From contig NZ_CP040297.1 in NCBI RefSeq assembly GCF_013393945.1, positions 5,886,809 through 5,918,808 on the forward strand: a stretch of DNA of 32,000 nt. Reading direction: 5' to 3'. Position numbers and translations under genes: made by a program. The stretch is from Nostoc sp. TCL26-01 (lineage in GTDB: Bacteria > Cyanobacteriota > Cyanobacteriia > Cyanobacteriales > Nostocaceae). Under the pieces are notes generated by a model, which ran no database searches, had not been told where the DNA came from, and saw nothing but the letters and a program-made list of their open reading frames with translations. Below are positions 1 to 8,869 of this stretch, piece by piece (the first letter of the stretch is position 1; each line of letters opens with the position of its first letter).

Positions 1-50
1 TACTACAAAACTGGGACTTACGCAGTGTCACTAAATTTTCTGGCTTTTTT

Positions 51-83
51 GTCAATAATCAATAGTCAATGGTCAAAATCAAG
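51..83. repeat. STRR-type tandem heptamer array (GTCAATA/ATCAATA/GTCAATG/GTCAAAA units, about 5 copies)
   Basis: Direct reading: gtcaata atcaata gtcaatg gtcaaaa tcaag. 7-nt period typical of short tandemly repeated repetitive sequences of heterocystous cyanobacteria. Confidence 0.7.
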
Positions 84-264
84 TTTTTTTGGACACAAAG
101 TCTTGCGAGTTTAGAGCATTGTCTGCATTGGTTTTGCGATCGTCTCAACAATGCTCTTGAATAGATATGTGAATATATTGTTAATCTTGAGTCCCTCTCT
201 ATTACAGATTAAGAGGGAATTTTGCTACTTAGCGAACTGGAAAAACAGGAGTAAGATGTGACAA

Positions 265-564
265 TTATGACTCTTGTGAATCTTCAATAGTAAGTGAATC
301 TTCAGAGGTAGATTCGACTTCAGTTTCAGGTTCTGGAACGCTCACAGGTTTGGGTTTGGAAGGTTTTGGGCCACGAGCTAGAGCTGGATTAATTGGCTGC
401 TTATTTTCATTCTCAAAGGATGATTTTTTACCTTTACCAGACGAGCGATTACCGCTTGGTTTTGAACTTTTGGGTAAGGGTTCTCTAATATCTCCATTTC
501 CCGAATCTGCGTCAGTATTTGCTTGAGCCTGACGTTCTGATTTTTTGATTGGACGTTCTACCAT
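265..564 (-). CDS. hypothetical small protein, low-complexity Lys/Ser/Pro/Glu-rich (probably disordered)
   Basis: 99-aa ORF with ATG start. No recognisable domain. Composition strongly biased, so coding status is uncertain. Confidence 0.4.
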   Translation of the reverse strand: MVERPIKKSERQAQANTDADSGNGDIREPLPKSSKPSGNRSSGKGKKSSFENENKQPINPALARGPKPSKPKPVSVPEPETEVESTSEDSLTIEDSQES

Positions 565-764
565 TGTTAAATTTGATAAAGATACATTTATGATACATTG
601 GCTTGATGATTATTACATCGTTAAGGATGCTTTTCCTGGGTGAAGGAGTGATGAGTGAGGGAGTGCTGTAAAGCCCTTCTCCTCAAGGAGACACTACGCG
701 AACGGGCATGGCTGTGCTTAGAGCGATAGCGGGGCGATGCAGCCCGTGCTGAGTTATGTTAGGT

Positions 765-1094
765 TTAGATAGATTTTTGGGATTGAAAAATGCGTAATTG
801 CTCTACTATATAGTCTTCTAGTTCTTGTTTTTCTCTACTACTGGCTTTTCTTTGATAAGTCCTGCCTGTTTCTTGGATAAACTTGCGTTTTTCGCTGGGA
901 GAGGCTTTGTATTTTGTTCCGGGTTGTTTCAAATTGTTTTGTAACTCTTCCCAGGTTTGTTCACCTATATTTTCCCCAAGTTTTATCAGGGCTTGAGGGA
1001 GTAAAATTTTTGCTTCTCTTTTAAAATCTTCTTCTGTCTCTAGGTTATTTAAATCTACATTAGTAAAATCAATATTAATCTGGTACTTAGTCAT
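765..1094 (-). CDS. hypothetical protein
   Basis: 109-aa ORF with ATG start, non-repetitive charged sequence, no recognisable motif. Confidence 0.45.
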   Translation of the reverse strand: MTKYQINIDFTNVDLNNLETEEDFKREAKILLPQALIKLGENIGEQTWEELQNNLKQPGTKYKASPSEKRKFIQETGRTYQRKASSREKQELEDYIVEQLRIFQSQKSI

Positions 1095-1145
1095 AGAGAT
1101 ATTGTAGATAAAGCTGATTAATTATCGCACAAAAAAATTATTCTT

Positions 1146-1301
1146 AGAGGGTGTTGGAAAAGTTTTAGTAGGTATAAAAATGTCATTCTGACTGGAGCGG
1201 AGCGTAAGGAAGAATCTGGGTTTTGTGGCACATACCGAGATGTTTCATTCCGCTACGCTGCATTCAACATGACAAAGAAACAGACTTTTCAAACGTCCTC
1301 T
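1146..1301. mobile_element. MITE-like nested inverted-repeat element (non-coding)
   Basis: Outer arms AGAGGGTGTTGGAAAAGT (1146-1163) and ACTTTTCAAACGTCCTCT (1284-1301) match as reverse complements at 15 of 18 positions. Inner arms (tgtcattctgactggagcggagcgtaaggaagaatctg versus the reverse complement of gagatgtttcattccgctacgctgcattcaacatgaca) are also related. The motif class resembles small dispersed repeats common in Nostoc genomes. Confidence 0.45.
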
Positions 1302-1472
1302 TAAAACCGAATGTATTGATACACAGGAATCCGATGTGATGCCTGTATTGGTTTGCCTTGTCAGCGAAACTAAAAAAGGAAGACTTAAGTAGTATGATAA
1401 AAGTGGCGATCGCTCACTAAAAAATTTGACCTATTGATTGATAAATACCTACCCTTATCAGGCAATATTCAG

Positions 1473-2078
1473 ATGTTACAAAAACTATTTCTTCTGTGGC
1501 GGCAAAAGTTGCTACGTTCTATCATCATATACATCTTTGATCAACTCATGATCTGGTTTTGCCTCATGGTCGGGATATTGGGGGTATTTCTCAGCAATAT
1601 TCCTGTCAGTCATGCTCAAGTTGTTTTTTCATCTCCGGTTGTTGTCACTACTAAACCCGGCATCACTGACAACAATCAGCATTCACAAACAATCCCTATA
1701 ACTACTGTATATCGTAGTCCTGACTGTAGCTGTTGTGGTGGATGGATTGACCATTTAAAATCCCAAGGTTTTACAGTCAAAGATATTCCCACCACTAACA
1801 TTGAGGCTATCAAACACAAGTTCAACGTACCTGATAACTTGACCTCTTGTCACACAGCAATTGTTGATGGATACGTCATTGAGGGACACGTACCAGCACA
1901 AGATATCAAACGCCTGCTACAAGAAAAGCCTCAAGTTGCTGGCTTATCGGTTCCACAAATGCCTTTAGGCACTCCAGGGATGGAGATAGGCGACAAAAAA
2001 GACCCATTTAGTGTACTGTTCTTCGACCAAGATCACAAAGTCGGCGTGTTTAGTAACTGGGTGATAGGTGATAGGTGA
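1473..2078 (+). CDS. DUF411-family metal-binding protein (CopG-like, periplasmic or thylakoid-lumen copper-related)
   Basis: Motifs YRSPDCSCCGGWIDHLKSQGF and CHTAIVDGYVIEGHVPAQDIKRLL match the DUF411 signature. Hydrophobic signal-like N-terminus ending VSHA-Q. Start uncertain: ATG 1473 or ATG 1548, and the ORF track opens at TTG 1434. The stop codon lies inside the STRR array. Confidence 0.75.
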   Translation: MLQKLFLLWRQKLLRSIIIYIFDQLMIWFCLMVGILGVFLSNIPVSHAQVVFSSPVVVTTKPGITDNNQHSQTIPITTVYRSPDCSCCGGWIDHLKSQGFTVKDIPTTNIEAIKHKFNVPDNLTSCHTAIVDGYVIEGHVPAQDIKRLLQEKPQVAGLSVPQMPLGTPGMEIGDKKDPFSVLFFDQDHKVGVFSNWVIGDR

Positions 2079-2130
2079 CAGGTGATAGGTGATAAGTGAT
2101 AGGTGATAAGTGATAAGTGATAGGTAGTAG
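2061..2130. repeat. STRR tandem heptamer array (GTGATAG/GTGATAA/GTGACAG, 10 units)
   Basis: Direct reading of 10 consecutive 7-nt units. Overlaps the last 6 codons and the stop of the DUF411 gene. Confidence 0.9.
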
Positions 2131-2207
2131 CAACTATCACTCAATACTCATTACTCAAGACGATCTGCATCCCTCCCCTACCATTAACACCACTCCTCAC
2201 TCAAAAC

Positions 2208-2601
<394 letters not shown>

Positions 2602-2690
2602 TTATTTAACTGTCGGGTACTGGCATTACAGCATCAACTCGCCATTGTTTTTTTATCATACGTTAAATCTTTAAAAGGCACGAAGGTAAA

Positions 2691-2750
2691 GGTTGGGGAA
2701 TGGGTAAGAGGGGACTGGGTACTGGGTATTGGGTAATAGAGTGATGAGTG
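2691..2750. repeat. STRR-like heptamer tract (ACTGGGT/ATTGGGT, STRR1-like, then GAGTGAT/GAGTG)
   Basis: ggttggggaatgggtaagaggggactgggtactgggtattgggtaatagagtgatgagtg; imperfect 7-nt period. Confidence 0.6.
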
Positions 2751-2793
2751 TCGAATTCCTTGGAGACTCACGTTGAATTATGTCCAAATTTAA

Positions 2794-4344
2794 TTAAGAA
2801 ATTTTAGTTAAAAATCCTAAAAGTTTCTTGGTATTAGGTGTGAGAAGCGTGCGACGATATGCGTCTGCGGCTTTTTTGATGGCTTCTGCTTGGGTGGGAT
2901 AGGGATGAATGACGCTACTTAACTTACTTAACCCGATTTTGTGAACAATGGCGGTAGTGATTTCGGAAATCATTTCACCGGCGTGGGTTGCCACAATGGT
3001 TGCACCGATGATTTCATCAGAGCCTTGTTTGTGGAGAATTTTGAGAAATCCGCCTTCTTCCCCATCAGCGATCGCTCGATCTACACTACTAAAAGGAATG
3101 TGTATTGTCTCTACCTTTATCCCTTGTTTTTGCGCTTCCTGTGCATACAATCCCACATGAGCAATTTCTGGATCAGTATACGTCACCCAAGGCATCACTA
3201 AACTACTCAGTTTCGACCTTCCCCAGCCAAAAGGAGAAAACAGCGTATTTTTGATGACAATTCTTGCAGCTGCATCTGCTGCATGGGTAAACTTCCAGTC
3301 CATGCAGATATCACCAGCCGCATATATCTTGGGATGCGTCGTTTGCAGATAATCATTTACCTTCACACCCCGGCGTGTGTCATACTCTACCCCCACCAAT
3401 TCTAAATTCAGTCCTTCCACATTCGGCACACGTCCTGCACCCACCAAAATTTCATCCACTGTTACAGAATCACGATAACCATGAGCAGAAAAGTACAACC
3501 GCTTTCCTTCAGTGACGCTAACTACTTCTTCCACCTTGGCATTTAAAACCAGGCGAATACCTTCTTTAATGAAAACTTGTTGGACAATTTCGGCTGCATC
3601 CGCATCTTCTTTATTTAAAATGTGAGAACCGCTATGTATCAGCACCACCTCACTACCCAAACGCCGAAAGGCTTGTGCTAATTCGCAACCGATGGGGCCT
3701 CCACCAATTACTGCTAACCTTTCTGGTTTTTGGATGAGAGAAAAAACCGTTTCATTGGTCAGATATCCGACTTGCTCAATTCCCAAAATCGGCGGTTTTG
3801 CGGCTCTTGCACCAGTAGCAATCACAGCTTTTCTAAACTTGAGAGTCTTACCTGCAACTTCTACAGTATTTTTGCTAGTAAATCGACCGCTACCTAAGAA
3901 AACATCAACACCCAAGGATGCAAAGCGTTCCACCGAGTCATGATGGCTAATTCCGGCACGAATTCGCCGCATCCTTGCCATAACTGCGGGAAAATCGATA
4001 TCAACTTGTTGTTGGGGAATATTTATTCCCAGATTTTTAGCATTGCCAACTTCCCCTACCAACCGCGAAGATCGGATGATAGTTTTAGAAGGGACACAAC
4101 CCACATTCAAGCAATCTCCACCCATGAGATGCTTTTCAATCAACGCTACCTTTAAACCCAAACCCAAGCCTGCTGCACCCGCCGCCACTACTAAGCCTGC
4201 TGTACCCGCACCAATTACCACCAAGTCATAATTATCAGCTGGTTGGGGATTTACCCAATTGGATGGATGTACATGAGCAACTAATTTCTGATTATACTCA
4301 TCCACTGGGCGGACGATGACTCTCTCTAGCTCTGAATTTGACAT
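2794..4344 (-). CDS. class I pyridine nucleotide-disulfide oxidoreductase, MerA-like / dihydrolipoamide dehydrogenase family
   Basis: FAD motif VVIGAGTAGLVVA, redox-active disulfide GGDCLNVGCVPSK, NAD(P) motif AVIGGGPIGCELA and a C-terminal dimerisation-domain HPYPT motif. ATG at 4344 is preceded by GAGAGG; the ORF track extends to TTG 4371. No NmerA GMTCxxC domain and no C-terminal Cys-Cys pair. Confidence 0.85.
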   Translation of the reverse strand: MSNSELERVIVRPVDEYNQKLVAHVHPSNWVNPQPADNYDLVVIGAGTAGLVVAAGAAGLGLGLKVALIEKHLMGGDCLNVGCVPSKTIIRSSRLVGEVGNAKNLGINIPQQQVDIDFPAVMARMRRIRAGISHHDSVERFASLGVDVFLGSGRFTSKNTVEVAGKTLKFRKAVIATGARAAKPPILGIEQVGYLTNETVFSLIQKPERLAVIGGGPIGCELAQAFRRLGSEVVLIHSGSHILNKEDADAAEIVQQVFIKEGIRLVLNAKVEEVVSVTEGKRLYFSAHGYRDSVTVDEILVGAGRVPNVEGLNLELVGVEYDTRRGVKVNDYLQTTHPKIYAAGDICMDWKFTHAADAAARIVIKNTLFSPFGWGRSKLSSLVMPWVTYTDPEIAHVGLYAQEAQKQGIKVETIHIPFSSVDRAIADGEEGGFLKILHKQGSDEIIGATIVATHAGEMISEITTAIVHKIGLSKLSSVIHPYPTQAEAIKKAADAYRRTLLTPNTKKLLGFLTKIS

Positions 4345-5035
4345 CGGTGGAACCTCTCTCAGCAATATCAAGTTTAGCCCACCCTAATTTTGATATCATT
4401 TTTAAAGGAAATTGGTATAAGAAAGGCATCAAGAAATTGTCTTTTATTTTCTACTGCGACTATAGCCGTTCTCAGATGGATATCTCAAAGCCTCATGGGT
4501 ACAGTTTCATTGTGCTGTGGCATCTGGGAAAGAGTTGTCTTAACTAATACCTCACAATAATTCTATGCGATCGCAGCTACTAAATCGCACGTGCTAAATA
4601 GTTAAGGTTTTTATCACTTCTTTTTCTGAATCAAAGTTTTTTGCTAGTTTGAAATCAGATCTATTTTTTACTCTGGGCAATAAATAATCAAAGCCAGCCT
4701 TGAAAAATTGTATTTAGTAAATGTTGAAAAGTTTACTTGTTAACAATAACTAAATTTTTCTTACATTGACTGATAAATTAACTCAAACGGCTTTTTCACA
4801 ATTCTGTTCACTTAGACTACAAGGGTTTACTTAGTACACTTAACCATAAAAAGGGGTCAGAAATATCGAGGCTTGATGTTAGGTTTCACTTCGTTTTACC
4901 CAACTCATGAATGATTGCATTCCATGCCTTTTTGTGGTGAGATGTACCCAGGTTTTAGATAGCTATAGGCTCTGGTGTTCGCGGCATTAAGAGCTTTGTA
5001 AGAACACTACAAACTAAAAACTGAGGACAAAAATC

Positions 5036-5518
5036 ATGTCCAAATCATTCACAACTTTACTCGCAGGAATCCAAGCACTGAGCATTTGGGGCTTAACCAC
5101 AATTGCAATGATTTCTTTACCAGAATCGGCACAGGCTATTTGTGCAGCCAACCCCATGGATGGTGTTTGGCAAAATGTGAATCCTAATACTCGCTCCCTA
5201 GTGAAAGCCGAATATCGCTCTAGTTGCCATGATGTGATCTTATGTCCAAATGGCAACTGTCAACCCCAACCCACTGATGTGGGAAAAATCCGGCTCTATG
5301 GTTCCTGCCATCCCACCGCCTGTGACTGGGGCTGGACAAATGTTTACCAACAGGCTCCGTGGGTGCGGGGAAAATATAACCAGGGATTTGCTGATAAATG
5401 GGTGTGGGCTAGGATACAAAATAATCAATTAGAGGTAATCACATTAGCTCAATTCAAAGACAACAGTGGTCGGGCTGACTATGCAACTAAGGATTACTTC
5501 CAAAAAACCTCTCCCTAA
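5036..5518 (+). CDS. secreted cysteine-rich hypothetical protein
   Basis: 160-aa ORF with ATG start 5 nt after GAGGA. Signal peptide MSKSFTTLLAGIQALSIWGLTTIAMISLPESAQA followed by 6 Cys. Confidence 0.55.
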   Translation: MSKSFTTLLAGIQALSIWGLTTIAMISLPESAQAICAANPMDGVWQNVNPNTRSLVKAEYRSSCHDVILCPNGNCQPQPTDVGKIRLYGSCHPTACDWGWTNVYQQAPWVRGKYNQGFADKWVWARIQNNQLEVITLAQFKDNSGRADYATKDYFQKTSP

Positions 5519-5524
5519 TGGTAA

Positions 5525-7219
5525 TTAATCCTGAAAAATCATAATATTACCAGAATAACAAGCTACCCAAACTTCCCTAGTTTGTGGATCGTAAGTAATG
5601 CCGATGGGATTAGGTTCAACATTGACTTTTTGTAAAACTTTCATGTCACTAGTACGGACTTTACTAACTGTATTTTCACCGTAGTTCACAACGTAAAGCC
5701 TTTGACCATCATCCGATAAAACCATGCTTCTGGGAGCATTACCTGTAGAGACTTTCTGGACTAACTTGCCTTGAGGTAAACTAATCTTGGCTATTTTACC
5801 TTCACCATTTAAAGACGCATAAAGGTATTTACCAGCCGGATCAATATTCAGATGACGTGGCGAATGACCAATATTTCTGAGCCATTTGACAGAAAAATCT
5901 CTGAGGTCAACTTCAGCAATTTCGTAGGAACCCATGACAGCAACATAGGCTTTTTCTGATGTGGCATTGACAGCAATTCCGCGCGGATATCGACCTAATT
6001 TAATCCTGTGAATTTCCTGATTTTTCTGAGCGTCTACCACACTCAAATCCCAAGAACACCAGTTACTTACGAGGATTAATTGTTCATCGGGAGAAGTGGC
6101 GACAAATTTGGGTACAGAACCAACCGGAATCACACTATCAATCTTCAGAGTTTCGGTATTGATGCGATATAAAAAACTCTTGTCAGTATTTTGGGATGGA
6201 TTGCATTGATCACTACCAGGATTGTTAAAGCCACGACCATACATTTGATAGTTAGACACCCAAGCATACTTGCCGTTGTGGGAAAAACTAGCCTCAACTG
6301 GAGCGCCTTTATACTTACCTTTAAATTGAGAATAACCGTATTTTGACAAATCTACTTCGTCAGGAATTACTTTAACTAACTTATAGTCTCGATTGTAGAC
6401 AGTAATATTATGATTATACATCATATTCTGGGCAAAAAATAGACCATTCCCTGAATAAACTACCGATTTTGGGGAAATTTTGCCAGAAATAGTTTTAATT
6501 AGTGTCATCTGCCCTGAAGGACTAGGAGCATTGACTGGAGCATTTTCGAGGGGTTGAGAAGTATCTTGGATGAATGGTTGTAGTGGAGTTGTGTTTGCGA
6601 GTGATGAGGCTAATACCCGCGAACTCGATTCTAAAACTGATGATGTTTTTTGTCCGACAATCCCATCAGCATAGAGCTTGTTAGCTTTTTGGAATTTTAT
6701 CACGGCTGTTGCTGTTGCCGTGTCAAACTTGCCTGTAATTACTCCCAAAAAATATCCGTCTGCTTGCAGTTTTTCTTGCAGAGAGATGACGCGATCGCTT
6801 TCGTCACCCTTTTTCAGCGAAGATTGAGCAGCTACCTGTGCTGGTTTATCCACCGGAGCTACATTAGATTCCAGTAAAACCAAAGTTTCCCTACCAACAA
6901 CCCCATCAGCAGTTAATCCATGAGCTTTTTGGAATTTAATCACAGCTGCTTCCGTGACAGCACCAAAATATCCTGTAGGCTCTTGGTTAAAATATCCAGT
7001 TGCTTGCAGCTTTTGTTGGAGAGCCACCACTTGCGCATTTCTGTGACCTTTTTTGAGAGCCACGGCTGGGTTAGAAAAATTCAATGAACCCATCGCAAAG
7101 GAAACCGCTAGCATCAAAGCTCTGCTGCTATTTGTTGTCCAATTTAGTTTTTGTACGCAGACATCGTTGGCAGATGTCTCATAAGTCTCAGCTAAATGCA
7201 AGTAAGCAAGTGTGTCCAT
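5525..7219 (-). CDS. peptidoglycan-binding (2x PG_binding_1) / YVTN-type beta-propeller repeat protein
   Basis: Two repeats of the type VxxLQxKLQAxGYF...G(Y/K)F...T..AVIKFQKA..L.ADG(V/I)VG. The C-terminal part has repeated GxxPRG(I/M)A/V..DG..LYV(V/S)N-type YVTN propeller motifs. ATG 7219 gives MDTLAYLHLA, an N-terminus common in cyanobacterial proteins; the ORF track opens at TTG 7237. Confidence 0.75.
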   Translation of the reverse strand: MDTLAYLHLAETYETSANDVCVQKLNWTTNSSRALMLAVSFAMGSLNFSNPAVALKKGHRNAQVVALQQKLQATGYFNQEPTGYFGAVTEAAVIKFQKAHGLTADGVVGRETLVLLESNVAPVDKPAQVAAQSSLKKGDESDRVISLQEKLQADGYFLGVITGKFDTATATAVIKFQKANKLYADGIVGQKTSSVLESSSRVLASSLANTTPLQPFIQDTSQPLENAPVNAPSPSGQMTLIKTISGKISPKSVVYSGNGLFFAQNMMYNHNITVYNRDYKLVKVIPDEVDLSKYGYSQFKGKYKGAPVEASFSHNGKYAWVSNYQMYGRGFNNPGSDQCNPSQNTDKSFLYRINTETLKIDSVIPVGSVPKFVATSPDEQLILVSNWCSWDLSVVDAQKNQEIHRIKLGRYPRGIAVNATSEKAYVAVMGSYEIAEVDLRDFSVKWLRNIGHSPRHLNIDPAGKYLYASLNGEGKIAKISLPQGKLVQKVSTGNAPRSMVLSDDGQRLYVVNYGENTVSKVRTSDMKVLQKVNVEPNPIGITYDPQTREVWVACYSGNIMIFQD

Positions 7220-7533
7220 AGTTGGGGAAGTAACCAAGACCAGGATATATTTTGTAAAAATTATAACTCATTTATTTATTTATACTTATAAAATTGGTCA
7301 ACTGTATAATATGTTTTGGCAAATGGGGATGAAAGGCGATCGCCCTACTTATACCAATTCAAAATTCAAAATTAAGCAAGCCAGATATAACAAGGGTTTG
7401 AAAGTGTGTATCTGTTGCATTCTTTTTTCAAATTGGTATGAGGGCTGCCAAATCCACACGGTTATCTAGTCTTGCTGACTAGTGATTTTCGTGGAATCAG
7501 GAGAGAAGTATCACCGACAACAGGTATCAGAAT

Positions 7534-8340
7534 TTACAACAAATCTGGGTTTTCTCCCAGTTCTAACAAGCGTGCTGCTAGACGTTCAGCACGTTGACGT
7601 TCTTGTTCCGCACGTTGGCTTTCTTGTTCCGCACGTTGGTTTTCTTGTTCAGCACGCTGGCTTTCTTGTTCCGCACGCTGGACAGCTGCTTCTTCTGGCA
7701 ACAATACTAAATTTCCAGTCTGATCATAAAATCTTAGCCACACACCCGTTTCTCTATCAATACAACCTTCCCAGGTTCCCAAATAAAAACCTAATGCTTC
7801 GCACCAAAGCCAGCCACGACTATCTAGTTCCAGGGGTTGATATTTCTGGTAAGAATCTAGATGCCAACCTTGGAGTGAGTTGGGATCAAATGGGTTAAAG
7901 ATAAAATAATCTGGTGTGTGAAAGACCCTTTCATATAATTGTTTTTTGGTAACTTTGTCTATTCTCTGGGTGCTTTCTGATAAAAGCTCAACAATCACAT
8001 CTGGATAACGTCCATTTTCATCCCAGACAACCCAACCTTGACGAGGATAACTACCATCAACATCTAAGACAACAAAAAAATCAGGCCCCTTAAAATCACG
8101 GTTTTTCACTTGGGCGCTGCTGTAATATACAAACATATTACCCCCCGTGAAGTAATCATTACGGTCTGCCCAGGCTTGCTGTAATGACCGAATTAGAGCA
8201 TTAATGGCGATGCGATGGCGGTTGCTTTCCAAAGGTACTCCGTCGTCAAAAATTAAATTTGTAGGTGGCGTAGGTGGATCTATCCACTCCGCTATTTCCT
8301 CTGGTGGGTTGGTTACTGCTGTGGTGGTTTCTAGAGACAT
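7534..8340 (-). CDS. Uma2-family (DUF820) restriction-endonuclease-like protein with C-terminal AEQESQR heptad repeats
   Basis: Typical Uma2 layout (LESNRH.., PDFFVVLD, PDVIVELLSEST) and the C-terminal tail RAERLAARLLELGENPD seen in cyanobacterial Uma2 proteins. Confidence 0.8.
   Translation of the reverse strand: MSLETTTAVTNPPEEIAEWIDPPTPPTNLIFDDGVPLESNRHRIAINALIRSLQQAWADRNDYFTGGNMFVYYSSAQVKNRDFKGPDFFVVLDVDGSYPRQGWVVWDENGRYPDVIVELLSESTQRIDKVTKKQLYERVFHTPDYFIFNPFDPNSLQGWHLDSYQKYQPLELDSRGWLWCEALGFYLGTWEGCIDRETGVWLRFYDQTGNLVLLPEEAAVQRAEQESQRAEQENQRAEQESQRAEQERQRAERLAARLLELGENPDLL
7586..7684. repeat. 21-bp tandem repeat, about 4.7 copies, in frame inside the Uma2 gene
   Basis: Units tcagcacgttgacgttcttgt / tccgcacgttggctttcttgt / tccgcacgttggttttcttgt / tcagcacgctggctttcttgt plus a partial unit. 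They encode AEQE(S/N/R)QR repeats on the minus strand. Confidence 0.9.
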
Positions 8341-8739
8341 AATAATAACGCTCCCTTATTAGCATTGACCCATTTTTTATCATAATATCTAAACTACCAA
8401 AAAGCGGGGAAACCACTGAATAATTTACACAATAACTCTGGTAATTTACGGAAATTGCTTTAAATGCAGAGACTGTATTATATCAGCCTGGTCTTAATTA
8501 ATTAAAAAGGTTAATTTACGAGCATATTACAGAGTTTAATTGTCGCATCAGATTTTTTGCACATCCTTTGAAGATTTTTATTTATTTTGATAGTTGAAGT
8601 AAAATATTATGCAAGGATAATATATATAAAGATAGTGAATAATAACCAGCATCAATAATAGAAAATTCTTTGATTAAGTTTAGTCAAGCTAATAGCGATC
8701 GCTCACAATTTTACTATAAATAAAATTTTCAGGTTAAGC

Positions 8740-8859
8740 AGTGAGGGAGTGCTGAGTGAGGGAGTGAGGGAGTGCTGAGTGCTGAGTGCTGAGTGAGGGA
8801 GTTCTGACCAATGACTATTGACTAATGACCAATGACTAATGACTATTGACCAATGACTA
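8740..8859. repeat. composite STRR block: (GAGTGCT/GAGTGAG/GGAGTGA)n then (ATGACTA/ATGACCA/TTGACTA)n
   Basis: Direct reading. About 66 bp of the first heptamer family is immediately followed by about 54 bp of a TTGGTCA-type (STRR2-like) family, ending at the AAGGAG Shine-Dalgarno of ftsH. Confidence 0.9.
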
Positions 8860-8869
8860 AGGAGTAATT

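Noticed and set aside
113-157. 10-bp perfect inverted repeat AGAGCATTGT ... ACAATGCTCT with a 25-nt loop near the window start
   Set aside because: It is real in the sequence, but it is isolated, has no T-run or adjacent gene end that I can see, and its context is cut by the window edge. There is not enough to assign a function.
2941-4231. Five plus-strand ORFs of 62-86 aa (2941..3201, 2948..3160, 3692..3943, 3940..4155, 4043..4231) inside the MerA-like gene
   Set aside because: They are antisense shadow ORFs within a long, motif-rich minus-strand CDS. Their translations are low-complexity (Pro/Ala/Thr runs) with no start context.
4338-4547. Small ORFs in AT-rich spacers (4338..4547, 7212..7469, 13539..13730, 28227..28445, 28364..28588)
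   Set aside because: They have AT-rich, Lys/Ile/Phe/Tyr-biased translations, no ribosome-binding context, and lie in promoter or spacer regions. I treat them as non-coding.
7482-7898. 138-aa plus-strand ORF with VPHVGFL repeats
   Set aside because: It is antisense to the Uma2 gene. The peptide repeat is just the 21-bp DNA repeat read on the wrong strand, and the Uma2 frame carries the recognisable motifs.
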